The notes: a model not told the origin generated them from the letters alone. Positions 18,877 to 27,970 are shown, numbered from the stretch's first letter. The stretch is DNA of 36,512 nt from Candidatus Woesearchaeota archaeon (GCA_964551115.1 CAZKBE010000004.1:1-36512), one strand, 5' to 3'. Made by a program: numbers and translations.

Positions 18877-18908
18877 TATTTAAATCTAGGGTTCACAAGA
18901 TTTATTAA
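18877..18908. promoter_or_regulatory. Back-to-back TATA boxes for polB (minus) and fen (plus)
   Basis: TTTAAATA (minus, 18884-18877) and TTTATTAA (plus, 18901-18908), each starting 29 nt from its ATG. Confidence 0.7.
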
Positions 18909-18929
18909 GTTGTTTGACTTTTATCTTTT

Positions 18930-19961
18930 ATGGGAGTTCAAATTTCAGAGATTATTCCTAGAAAGGAAATTGATTTTACGCAAATGAATGGAAAAGTTAT
19001 TGCAGTGGATGCAATGAACACACTTTATCAGTTTTTAACTACCATCCGACAATCAGACGGTACTCCTTTAATGGATGGTTCTGGAAATATCACTTCCCAT
19101 TTTTCAGGCCTATTTTATCGTAATCTTGCTCTTTTAGAGGAAGGTATAAGACCTATTTATGTTTTTGATGGTGTTCCATCCGATTTAAAGAGAAAAGAGT
19201 TAGATATGAGGAAGGAAAGAAAGATGGTTGCACAGGAGCGATATGATGAAGCTAAAGAATCTGGAGATATTGGTGCCATGAGACGTTATTCTCAACAGAC
19301 CGTGAAAGTAGATTCGGGGATTATCTCAGAAAGTAAGATGTTTTTAGAGGCTATGGGCATTTCGGTTGTAGTATCTATTAATGAGGGCGAGGCAGAAGCA
19401 TCGTATCTAGCTAGAAAGGGATTAGTTTGGGCCTCTGCTTCACAGGATTATGACTCTTTACTATATGGTACGCCTAGATTGATTAGAAATCTTACCCTTT
19501 CTAGAAAAAAGAGAAATTCTTCAGGGATATTAATAGACACTAAAATAGAACTCGTTGAGTTACAGAGTGTTTTAGATCATTTACAAATTGATCTGGATCA
19601 GCTAATTTGTTTGGGGATAATTGTTGGTACTGATTTTAATCCGGGGGGAGTTAGAGGTATTGGACAAAAAAGGGCTTTAGAAATTGTTCAAAAACATAAA
19701 TATCCTGTTACCATTTTTGAATTTTTGGAAAAGTCCGATAAATATGAGGTGGGTTTCAATTGGCAAGAGATTTTTAAGGAGTTTAGAGAATATAAGAGTA
19801 ATCAGTCTGATTTTCAAGTATCTAAAAATATAGATTTTGTTAAGCTTAAAACTATCTTACTTGAAAAAGGTTTTTCAGAGGAAAGAGTGAATAACGGTTT
19901 GGAGAGATTAAAGGTCTTGGAAGAAGAAAAAAAGCAGAAAGGACTAAAAGATTTTTTTTAA
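18930..19961 (+). CDS. fen: Flap endonuclease 1
   Basis: MGV start, YQFLTTIRQ.DG.PL, EGEAEA, SQDYDSLLYG, GTDFNPGG.GIG, C-terminal PIP box QKGLKDFF. Confidence 0.97.
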   Translation: MGVQISEIIPRKEIDFTQMNGKVIAVDAMNTLYQFLTTIRQSDGTPLMDGSGNITSHFSGLFYRNLALLEEGIRPIYVFDGVPSDLKRKELDMRKERKMVAQERYDEAKESGDIGAMRRYSQQTVKVDSGIISESKMFLEAMGISVVVSINEGEAEASYLARKGLVWASASQDYDSLLYGTPRLIRNLTLSRKKRNSSGILIDTKIELVELQSVLDHLQIDLDQLICLGIIVGTDFNPGGVRGIGQKRALEIVQKHKYPVTIFEFLEKSDKYEVGFNWQEIFKEFREYKSNQSDFQVSKNIDFVKLKTILLEKGFSEERVNNGLERLKVLEEEKKQKGLKDFF

Positions 19962-19963
19962 GC

Positions 19964-20677
19964 TTACTTTATAGTGAGAAATTCAAATTGTATTTTTTCG
20001 AATTCAGATCCTATCAAAAATTCTTTTTTTGAGGTAAGGCGGTATTTTATATATTCTTTTTCATCTATTTCCTCTGTTTCAAAGTCAATTTCAAATAGGT
20101 CTTTAGTTATTTTTTTTATACATTCTTCTGTTTTACACCCAACGATTTCTCCAAATCGTTCTGGATGTATAAGTCCAATTTTATTAAATGAAATGTTTGC
20201 TACGATTTCTGGATTATATTTTTGAGAATCTATTGGGAAATTAGTTAGATTAATTAAAAAATATTCTTTTGTAGATCTTGTTTCTAGATCTATTTCTCCA
20301 AAGATTCTACTATACATACCATAAATTCTTGGATATTTTTCACTATCTACACCCTCTCTATTATTTTTTGATCTTTCTTTTAAACATTCATTTACCATTT
20401 TTGTAAAATTTTCTCCAGATCGCTCTAATCTCCACAAAGTATATTCCAAATAATTAATTTGTGGTCCAAAACTTGCGGCTATACATTCCTCGCCTAATTT
20501 GGTTAGTCTATATTCTAGATCTTTTTCTTCTAAAAGCCATTCTTCAGTCTTTTCAAATCCTCCGATTATTGCCTTGGCTTTATTTTTATTGGAATTTATG
20601 GAGAATATTGTAAATCCACACAGTAGTAAGACTAATAAAACAAAGACAACTACCGTTAAATCTGCCTTTTTATTCAT
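19964..20677 (-). CDS. Class III signal peptide (pilin-like) protein
   Basis: MNKKA/DLTVVVFVLLVLLL. Confidence 0.75.
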   Translation of the reverse strand: MNKKADLTVVVFVLLVLLLCGFTIFSINSNKNKAKAIIGGFEKTEEWLLEEKDLEYRLTKLGEECIAASFGPQINYLEYTLWRLERSGENFTKMVNECLKERSKNNREGVDSEKYPRIYGMYSRIFGEIDLETRSTKEYFLINLTNFPIDSQKYNPEIVANISFNKIGLIHPERFGEIVGCKTEECIKKITKDLFEIDFETEEIDEKEYIKYRLTSKKEFLIGSEFEKIQFEFLTIK

Positions 20678-20678
20678 T

Positions 20679-21266
20679 TTAATTTGTAGGGCAGTTTACT
20701 CCTAAGTATTTAATTAGTGTAAAGGATTTTGTTGGAAAGAAGAAAGAGTACTTATCGTTATGTGTTTTACCTTCTTCATATTCAAATCTTCTAATTTTAT
20801 CCAGTTCGCTTTCTTTTGGAAATGTAAAATAATAAAATGGTTCAAAATACCATCCGCCTGTACCGCCGCCTCTTTTTATTAATTCTTCATCTATTATAAA
20901 CAGCTGAAAGCATTGTTTGTTTTTAGATAGGTAGTCTGTTAAAGATTCTTGTATCCTTTTGTATTCTTCAGTATCCGGATCTAAGTTTTTTTTAGGCTCT
21001 ATTGAATCTATAGCTTCTTTAGTTATTTCATAATTTGTTTTGTCTTCATATTCATCTTCAAATAAGACAAATATTTGCCTTTGTTGCTCTGATTGGTTAT
21101 ATGCTGTTGTTTGTATAAGTGTTATTTCTTGTTTACCTTGTGTGACTCTATCTATTGCTGTTTTACTTGTACCCATAAAGAGAAATAAGAACAATATAAT
21201 GATTATCACTAAAAATCCAATAAACCAAGAAACTGTTTGTCCTATTTGGGCTTTTTTATTTGTCAT
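20679..21266 (-). CDS. Class III signal peptide (pilin-like) protein
   Basis: MTNKKA/QIGQTVSWFIGFLVIIIILFLF. Confidence 0.8.
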   Translation of the reverse strand: MTNKKAQIGQTVSWFIGFLVIIIILFLFLFMGTSKTAIDRVTQGKQEITLIQTTAYNQSEQQRQIFVLFEDEYEDKTNYEITKEAIDSIEPKKNLDPDTEEYKRIQESLTDYLSKNKQCFQLFIIDEELIKRGGGTGGWYFEPFYYFTFPKESELDKIRRFEYEEGKTHNDKYSFFFPTKSFTLIKYLGVNCPTN

Positions 21267-21798
21267 TTATATTTGTCTCCTTTTGTTGTATAGATAGTTT
21301 ATAGCCGAAATTATTAGATGCAGTAATCAAATAAACCTTTAAGATTTCTTTTTTCGCAGAAGTTGTATTAAAATAAATTGCTGTTTCATTGGCTATGACA
21401 CAACGGGGATAATTCTTAGCCATATAGCCTGCTGCGGCTAGGCAGTCTTGTTCATAATTATTTCCAAATTTAAATGATTTTATCTCCAATTCTTCCCTAT
21501 AGATCCTTAAGTTAAAAAAGAATGGGCTAGATTCTTCAAAATTATTTTTATTAAGATTACAAAAATCAAATATCATTTCCTTATCGATGTTTATAATTTC
21601 TTGATTAATATATCCATTTTTTACTACACAATCCATTATTTTTTCATACATCATTGAAGAATCTATATCTCTTGTGTCTACAAAAGCGCCAAAATAAGTG
21701 GTTGCAACTAAAACAACTACGGCTCCAACAAGTATGAGGCAGATAAACCACCAAATTGAAAGTATTTTTTCTCCTGCTTTTTTATTTAATCTTTTCAT
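21256..21798 (-). CDS. Class III signal peptide (pilin-like) protein
   Basis: MKRLNKKA/GEKILSIWWFICLILVGAVVV; four Cys in the globular part. Confidence 0.78.
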   Translation of the reverse strand: MKRLNKKAGEKILSIWWFICLILVGAVVVLVATTYFGAFVDTRDIDSSMMYEKIMDCVVKNGYINQEIINIDKEMIFDFCNLNKNNFEESSPFFFNLRIYREELEIKSFKFGNNYEQDCLAAAGYMAKNYPRCVIANETAIYFNTTSAKKEILKVYLITASNNFGYKLSIQQKETNINDK

Positions 21799-22268
21799 TC
21801 TATCTTTATAAAATATCTCCCCCCAGTTATTTTTTTATCTTTATCAATTGTTTGGATAATCTTTGTTGTTACCAGATCGTTTGGATTCCCTTCTTTGTTT
21901 TTTAAATTAATTTTTGAGAAATAGGGGAATGTAAAACCTCCTTCTGGTTTTGCTCTAACTGTGACTAATCCCTTATCGGTATCTATATTTATTATCTCAT
22001 TTATATTTTCCGCTGTTACGCCATTTTTTAATGCTATTTTTATTAAATCCGTAATATCTAGTTCAAACTGCATTCCTTTTTCCGCACGGTTTAGCATTAG
22101 GCCGATTTTTTTTGAATAGGCTTCTTCATAAACAAGTGCATGTGAAGAAGTTCTTTGTACAAATAAAAGCATAGTTACAAAAAAAGCTAGATTTAAGACA
22201 AGAAAGATTACAACTGGTAGGCCCATTTCTGCCCATTTATTCAATCCTCCTTTTTTTATTTTTCTCAT
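21795..22268 (-). CDS. Pilin-like protein with atypical class III signal
   Basis: MRKIKKGGLNKWA/EMGLPVVIFLVLNLAFF; ATGA overlap with the next gene. Confidence 0.65.
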   Translation of the reverse strand: MRKIKKGGLNKWAEMGLPVVIFLVLNLAFFVTMLLFVQRTSSHALVYEEAYSKKIGLMLNRAEKGMQFELDITDLIKIALKNGVTAENINEIINIDTDKGLVTVRAKPEGGFTFPYFSKINLKNKEGNPNDLVTTKIIQTIDKDKKITGGRYFIKIE

Positions 22269-22411
22269 AGTTTAATTTATCTAAGCGATGTTATAAATTT
22301 ATCTAAGTGTTGTTAGTGCTATCTTTTTATTATTTATTTTGTTAGTTCTTTAAATATCATTTAATTGTGCTAGGAGCAGTAAGTTTTTTACTAGGAATAT
22401 CTTTTTGACTT

Positions 22412-23485
22412 TTAAGCGTAGCTGGCTATTTTAAAACTTGGTGTCCCACTAAAATCCCAAGGCTTATACCATGGGGTTTTTTTATTCATTTTGGGGAGAA
22501 TTTCTTGAAATCCCTTCAGATCATAGGTTGTTAGAAATATTCCTGCTGCCGAAGTTCCATCTAAAAATAGTCCTTTATTATTTAACTCTTCTTCTTGTAC
22601 CCAATCCCCTATCTCTAATCCTAGGTAAGCTCCTCCGGCTGCACCAGTAAATAATCCTGCTCCGGTTTTTGCTCCGACTATTGCGCCTAATGTTCCTCCG
22701 ATCGTACTTCCGACTAGGGCTCCTGCAAGTGTTGGTCTTATTTCCATAAATACTATTGTTTTAGTGTCATCTATCCTTAATTTTTCATTTAAGAATGTAG
22801 AAGCATTACTTTCTGCATTTTCTCCTTTTACCATTTGTCCGCTTAGGATTTGCATTGTTTCTCCATCATAAGAATTTCTTAAGAAGTCCCAATAGGATAT
22901 TTCATAGTTTGGGACCTTATGACTTAAAAGGTATCTATTGAATCCAGATATTTCTTGGATATTCAATTGTCCTTCTTCATTCCCTATTATGGTTTTATCA
23001 AATTGAATTCTTGAGCATATTACGGCTATTGCTCCTATATTTGTCTGTGTTGTCATTTCTCTCCCAAATATTGCAAAATTTCCTCTTCCAAGCATATTCC
23101 AGCAGTCCGCCATTTCTCTAGCTAAAAGAGTTTTAATCTGTTGGTCTGCTTTAGATTTTTCTTTACTTATTCTATATGTGGAGTATTTGCCTTCTAAACT
23201 TCCAAAATCTTGTTCACATTCTCCTTTAGCCAATTTATTAGTCGTTACACAGATTTTTTTAGTTTTACACTTTAGTGAGATTAAGTCTTGCGCTCCCGCT
23301 AGGCTTCCAAATTTTTCGCTAGGCAGTGTTCCTCTAAACATCGCAGAAGTTGTACAGGCTTCTCTATCCAGATTTATAGAGGTGGTTAGTTGATAATAAA
23401 CAATTGACATTATTGCGAAAGTTATTACTACTATTATTATTCCAATAATCATGCTTGTGGAAATCTCTGCTTTTTTGTTTATCAT
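22412..23485 (-). CDS. Class III signal peptide protein with a glycine zipper
   Basis: MINKKA/EISTSMIIGIIIVVITF; GALVGSTIGGTLGAIVGAKTGAGLFTGAAGGAYLG. Confidence 0.8.
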   Translation of the reverse strand: MINKKAEISTSMIIGIIIVVITFAIMSIVYYQLTTSINLDREACTTSAMFRGTLPSEKFGSLAGAQDLISLKCKTKKICVTTNKLAKGECEQDFGSLEGKYSTYRISKEKSKADQQIKTLLAREMADCWNMLGRGNFAIFGREMTTQTNIGAIAVICSRIQFDKTIIGNEEGQLNIQEISGFNRYLLSHKVPNYEISYWDFLRNSYDGETMQILSGQMVKGENAESNASTFLNEKLRIDDTKTIVFMEIRPTLAGALVGSTIGGTLGAIVGAKTGAGLFTGAAGGAYLGLEIGDWVQEEELNNKGLFLDGTSAAGIFLTTYDLKGFQEILPKMNKKTPWYKPWDFSGTPSFKIASYA

Positions 23486-23616
23486 ATTCCTGTTGAAAGT
23501 TTATCTATTATTAAATACATTCCTATTCCGCATATTGCGGCTATAAATATCCATAGAATCTTTTCAATTAATGGCATTCCCTCTGCCTCTGCCGATGCTT
23601 TTTTATTTAATTTCAT
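23482..23616 (-). CDS. 44-aa micro-pilin-like protein (not in ORF track)
   Basis: Hand translation MKLNKKA/SAEAEGMPLIEKILWIFIAAICGIGMYLIIDKLSTGI; ATGA overlaps at both ends. Confidence 0.8.
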   Translation of the reverse strand: MKLNKKASAEAEGMPLIEKILWIFIAAICGIGMYLIIDKLSTGI

Positions 23617-24212
23617 TTTATTAAAAAACTATTATTTTTAAATTCTATTTCTAATTTTATTGGTACGGGGTTAAATTGCATAAATTTTGTTTCCACGCTT
23701 TGATAGGTCTTAGCTAAAGCTTTCCCCCCTACGTGTGTAAGTACATTAGAAGACATACCCTCAATATTTATTTTATTTTGCCTGCTTATACAAATCCCCT
23801 TTTTCTCACACAGTGTTTTTCCTTCTTTTATCCAATAATAGTTGCTACTTTCTGGACTTATAGTTCCAGTTGTTAATTCATTTTTTTGAGGTTCTGGACA
23901 CAGGCATAGGCAATTCTCACTACCACAACTAATGGGCATATTCAAAAATCCTTGTTCTTTTACAAATGGTATCAAATACCAGTTTTTAGGGCTCTCTATA
24001 AACACTGATCCGTTTTCTCCTTCTTTTAAAGAATCTAAAGTAGATTGAATTTCTCCCAAGGCATATTTCGCTTGTTCGTATTGACTATTTTGTCGCATAA
24101 TTCCCGCTAATTTTGATACTAACAAGAATAATAATACTATTGCCATAACCCCTAGTATAAATTTTGCAGACTCTTCAGTCATCCAAGAACCTCTTTTATT
24201 TATCTTTCTCAT
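23613..24212 (-). CDS. Class III signal peptide (pilin-like) protein with Cys cluster
   Basis: MRKINKRG/SWMTEESAKFILGVMAIVLLFLLV; CGSENCLCLC. Confidence 0.8.
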   Translation of the reverse strand: MRKINKRGSWMTEESAKFILGVMAIVLLFLLVSKLAGIMRQNSQYEQAKYALGEIQSTLDSLKEGENGSVFIESPKNWYLIPFVKEQGFLNMPISCGSENCLCLCPEPQKNELTTGTISPESSNYYWIKEGKTLCEKKGICISRQNKINIEGMSSNVLTHVGGKALAKTYQSVETKFMQFNPVPIKLEIEFKNNSFLIK

Positions 24213-24275
24213 TGATTATTTAGAGGAGAAGGGCATTAATAAAGTTTAGTATGTTCTTTATAATTAATCCTACTT

Positions 24276-25592
24276 TTATTTAGGATTGTATGTAATTAGT
24301 ATCAGATCCTTATCTCGTCTGAATTTCTCGCCAAGATTAATCTTTTCTAAATCAACTTTTCCTTCATAGCCTTTGATCAAACTTTCATTCCCGTTGTTCA
24401 ATGTATAGCATCCCTTTTTTGTTAAGTTTATAGAGATTCTTATTGGTTTTTCCACATGTATAATTGGTTTTTCCAAATTTATATTAACCTTTCCTATTCC
24501 TAGATTATATTCTTTTTCTAGGGTGGTGTTATTAATCTTTTTTATTTCTATTTCAATATTTACATTGTCTACAAGATTTATAAAACATCTTTTTTTATTT
24601 TCACAAAGGTCTGTTCCGAGACTATAGTAGTTATCTACCTTTGAAATAAAATAAATTTTATTATTAAACTCTAATGTGGCAAGAGATTTGGAATCTATTT
24701 CATTAGGGTTATTTATTAATTCTGTATTATTTGTTTTGTATATCGATTCATCTGCATAGAAATATTCATTTTTATCTACTTTTTCAACATGCTTATTTAC
24801 CAATTCACCCGTAATTTTATTTAGGTATCCGCCCTTAAGAGTAGAATAATACCAATCTGAGTTTATTTCTGGAAGATCTATACAGTCTCCACCATAAATT
24901 TCACAACTTCCCATGCATTTTTCTGCCTCTATTAGAGTTTCAATTACCTCTGGATTTGCACAAAGCCAACCAGGATTCGGATAGTATTTTGCATCATACA
25001 ACATTCTTAGATTGTTTTTTAATTCAGATACTTGAGTTTCACCTATTTCATTTTTTGTCCCAGGTAGATTGTTATCCCAATCATTCAATATGAAGCTATA
25101 GAGGTTTTCATTGAAGTTTATTTCTTTAAAAAATTCTTTTTTACCTGTAGAGCTATATTTATATTTGGCATTTCCAATACTTGTTTCCGATCCACCAAAA
25201 ATCCCAAGTGTTTTTTCTTTTTCAATATATTTTATATTCCCTTCAAAGCCTATCTCTAAGTAGTTGGCTAGTTGAGCATTGTTTATTTTTCCCCCTATTT
25301 CCTCCAAGGGTGTTTCATCTACTTCTTTTAAATTTAAAAAATAGAACTCTTTTTCACCAGGGGTTATGTAGCCTATAGGGTACTTACATTCAAACAGGAT
25401 GGTTTCGTCAATACCTATTTCCCTATCTTCTTCTCCCTCTCCTTTAAACCCGGGTAGATTTTTCATTATCGAGCTCCAATTCATCTTTGCAATAAAGATT
25501 ATGGCCATGAGTACTACAGCAATTACTATTATCCAAACGATTACTCCCTCACTTTCTAATCCAGCTTTTTTAGTTAGTTTTCTTAATTTCAT
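24276..25592 (-). CDS. Large class III signal peptide protein (minor pilin/adhesin-like)
   Basis: MKLRKLTKKA/GLESEGVIVWIIVIAVVLMAIIF. Confidence 0.75.
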   Translation of the reverse strand: MKLRKLTKKAGLESEGVIVWIIVIAVVLMAIIFIAKMNWSSIMKNLPGFKGEGEEDREIGIDETILFECKYPIGYITPGEKEFYFLNLKEVDETPLEEIGGKINNAQLANYLEIGFEGNIKYIEKEKTLGIFGGSETSIGNAKYKYSSTGKKEFFKEINFNENLYSFILNDWDNNLPGTKNEIGETQVSELKNNLRMLYDAKYYPNPGWLCANPEVIETLIEAEKCMGSCEIYGGDCIDLPEINSDWYYSTLKGGYLNKITGELVNKHVEKVDKNEYFYADESIYKTNNTELINNPNEIDSKSLATLEFNNKIYFISKVDNYYSLGTDLCENKKRCFINLVDNVNIEIEIKKINNTTLEKEYNLGIGKVNINLEKPIIHVEKPIRISINLTKKGCYTLNNGNESLIKGYEGKVDLEKINLGEKFRRDKDLILITYNPK

Positions 25593-25753
25593 CCTCTTCC
25601 AAATCTTAATAAACTTTTGAAATAGTCAATTCCGCCAGTTAGTTTTCCTTTTAAAATTATCGAGATTATTACCACAATTATTAGAATAAATATTCCCAAG
25701 ATTAACCAACCCATAAAGTCTGCAGGTAATCCTAATCCCTTTTTTGTTTTCAT
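25589..25753 (-). CDS. 54-aa micro-pilin-like protein (not in ORF track)
   Basis: Hand translation MKTKKG/LGLPADFMGWLILGIFILIIVVIISIILKGKLTGGIDYFKSLLRFGRG; TATA begins 29 nt upstream; ATGA overlap with the next gene. Confidence 0.82.
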   Translation of the reverse strand: MKTKKGLGLPADFMGWLILGIFILIIVVIISIILKGKLTGGIDYFKSLLRFGRG

Positions 25754-25888
25754 TATTTTAAGAGGAAAGGGGGATTAATAAAGCTTTAGAAGACTTCTGA
25801 AAATTTAAGCCTATCCAGTAAATTTAAAATTATTTTCTGTTTCTAAATTTTTGAAAAAGCTTATATATTGTAGAAACACTAGATCTAT

Positions 25889-26410
25889 ATGGTTATAGTA
25901 AAAGCAACCCTTATTTCTGGTAAGATCTCTTCAAATGCTGTGGAAGCTTTTAGTTTATTTGAAAAAGAGCGATTTGGTGAGCGAAGTGGAGAAAAAATAG
26001 TTTATTCCTTAGTAGAGGGTGCTTATTTAGTTGAGAATAAAAAGATGCAGATAGTTAATATTAAAGAGAAAGAGATTAAATTAAAGGAGTTAATTAAGAA
26101 TTTTGTAAAGTTGGACAAAAATTTTCTTATTAGTTATTCAGTTTTTAGGGATTTGAGAAAAAAAGGGAATGTTGTGAAAAGTGCTTTAAAATTTGGTGCA
26201 GAGTTTAGAGTTTATGAACCTGGTTCTAAACTTGGTGAGGACCATGCCAAGTGGATTTTATTTTGTCTATCTGAACATAATAAATTGTCTATGCAAGAAT
26301 TTTCAGCTAAGAATCGTATTGCACATTCAACTAATAAAAAACTTTTAATTGCCGTGGTAGATGATGAGGAATGTGTCTCTTATTATGAGGCTAGGTGGTT
26401 GAAAATATGA
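25889..26410 (+). CDS. endA: tRNA-intron endonuclease, short alpha4-type
   Basis: LVEGAYL, KSALKFGAEFRVY, DHAKW, R.AHS.NKKLL; Tyr-His-Lys triad present; 173 aa. Confidence 0.93.
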   Translation: MVIVKATLISGKISSNAVEAFSLFEKERFGERSGEKIVYSLVEGAYLVENKKMQIVNIKEKEIKLKELIKNFVKLDKNFLISYSVFRDLRKKGNVVKSALKFGAEFRVYEPGSKLGEDHAKWILFCLSEHNKLSMQEFSAKNRIAHSTNKKLLIAVVDDEECVSYYEARWLKI

Positions 26411-27579
26411 TTACTAATGTTGTGGAGATTAAACAAAAAATTTTGAGATTTATTTCTGAGCGTGGGCCCAGTTTACCTGTCCATTTAACCAAGATTAGTG
26501 AATTGAGTCTTACTTTTACTTCGGCAATTCTTTCAGAATTATTGGCAGATAGAAAACTTAAACTTTCTAATATTCGTGTAGGTACTTCTCCCCTTTATTT
26601 TATTCCTGGACAAGAAGAGAAGTTAGAGTTATTTATTTCTAACTTGAAGGATCCAGAGGTAGAAGCTTTTAAGAAATTAAAACAAAATAAGATCTTAGAT
26701 GATGAAAAACAAGATCCCGTTTTAAGGGTTGCCTTAAGGTCTATAAGGGATTTTGCGGTTCCTTTAAAAAACAAAGATAAGTTATATTGGAAGTATCATT
26801 TATTGCCTGATGAAAAAGCAATAATAGCAATTTCAGGTCATTCTGGGCCTGTTTCAGCGATTGGACAAGAAAGGGTCATTGGGCAACAGATTTGGGAGGA
26901 TATACAAAAACAACAACTTTCTTCAGAGAATATTGAGGAACTTGTAAGAAAAAAAGTTGAAGAGATTTCTAATCGGATCAATGAAGAGAAAAAAGTTGAA
27001 GAAAAAAGAGTGGAGGATAATCTAGAGATTCAAAAAATTGAGGAAAATACTAGATCTATTAGTTCCAAGAGGGTTGGAGAAGAAAATCTCGTGCCTTTGA
27101 AGAATATTGCGGAAGAGATTGTTTTAGAAAGTTTACCCAATAATCCTCCCAAGGATTCTAATTTTGGAAAGCATATTTTAGAATCTGAAACTGTTGTCGA
27201 AGCGAAGAATTCTCAAGATAGTGGTCTAGCAAAGAAGACTAAGTCAACTATTAAAAAACTAAAGAAGCCTTCATTAAAAGATTTATTTTTAAGAGAATTT
27301 GAAAAATATTTATCTGAGATGGGTTTTGAACTTTTAGATGTCTTGAAGAGTGATGTTGGAAAAATTGTAGCTAAAGCGCACAGAGACCGAGAAATTTTAG
27401 TTATATTTTCTGATAAGCGAAAGTTGGATGAAAAAGAGTTATTGAGGGATTTAAAAAAATATAATCTTCCTGGACTGGAAGTAGAGGTTTTCTTGAGAGG
27501 CGAGCCATCTAAGAAGTTTCTAGAACAAATTGATTTGCTTGGAAAAATAAGGAAAATTCAAAAAATTGAGGAACAATAA
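26407..27579 (+). CDS. Hypothetical protein with N-terminal winged-helix-like domain
   Basis: KILRFISERGPSLPVHL..FTSAILSEL..VGTSPLYF; ATG 26407 overlaps the endA stop (ATGA). Confidence 0.7.
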   Translation: MITNVVEIKQKILRFISERGPSLPVHLTKISELSLTFTSAILSELLADRKLKLSNIRVGTSPLYFIPGQEEKLELFISNLKDPEVEAFKKLKQNKILDDEKQDPVLRVALRSIRDFAVPLKNKDKLYWKYHLLPDEKAIIAISGHSGPVSAIGQERVIGQQIWEDIQKQQLSSENIEELVRKKVEEISNRINEEKKVEEKRVEDNLEIQKIEENTRSISSKRVGEENLVPLKNIAEEIVLESLPNNPPKDSNFGKHILESETVVEAKNSQDSGLAKKTKSTIKKLKKPSLKDLFLREFEKYLSEMGFELLDVLKSDVGKIVAKAHRDREILVIFSDKRKLDEKELLRDLKKYNLPGLEVEVFLRGEPSKKFLEQIDLLGKIRKIQKIEEQ

Positions 27580-27610
27580 GCCTTAAAAAGCTAGAAATAA
27601 ATGTTTTTTT

Positions 27611-27814
27611 ATGGGAAGGATTAAAACTAAACCAATTAAGAGAATGTCTTTAGGACTTTTTAATAAAGCTCCTGAAATGTTTCATAAAGATTTTGAGTCT
27701 AATAAAAAGGTATTAGGAAAAGAATTACCTGGTAAAAAGACTAGAAACATGGTTGCAGGTTACCTTACTAGACTGAAAAAGAATAATAAGAAGATTTTGT
27801 CTGAAGATCAATAG
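27611..27814 (+). CDS. rps17e: 30S ribosomal protein S17e
   Basis: MGRIKT..IKR, DFESNKK, KKTRN.VAGYLTR. Confidence 0.95.
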   Translation: MGRIKTKPIKRMSLGLFNKAPEMFHKDFESNKKVLGKELPGKKTRNMVAGYLTRLKKNNKKILSEDQ

Positions 27815-27898
27815 TTTCTTTGAGGATTGTTTTAATCTAATTATCTTTGTTTTTTATATCCAGAAACTTTAAAAACACTTACTTATACAGCTAAATAT

Positions 27899-27970
27899 GG
27901 CTCTGTAGCTCAGCGGTAGAGCGCGGCTCTCATAAGGCCGAGGTCGGGAGGTCAGCACTCCCTAGAGCCA
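27899..27970 (+). tRNA. tRNA with CAT anticodon (elongator Met or Ile2), non-canonical T-loop
   Basis: GGCTCTG/TAGAGCC acceptor, GCTC/GAGC D stem, CGGCT-CTCATAA-GGCCG, GGGAG-GTCAGCA-CTCCC; TATA at 27868; T-run after the 3' end. Confidence 0.85.

Noticed and set aside
17-25620. Numerous 60-133-aa antisense ORFs inside recognised genes
   Set aside because: They overlap well-supported genes on the opposite strand and have the Phe/Ser/Ile bias typical of antisense frames
27968-27970. Encoded CCA on the CAT tRNA (and at 2516-2518 on tRNA-Val)
   Set aside because: These bases are C71-C72-A73 of the acceptor stem and discriminator, not a CCA tail
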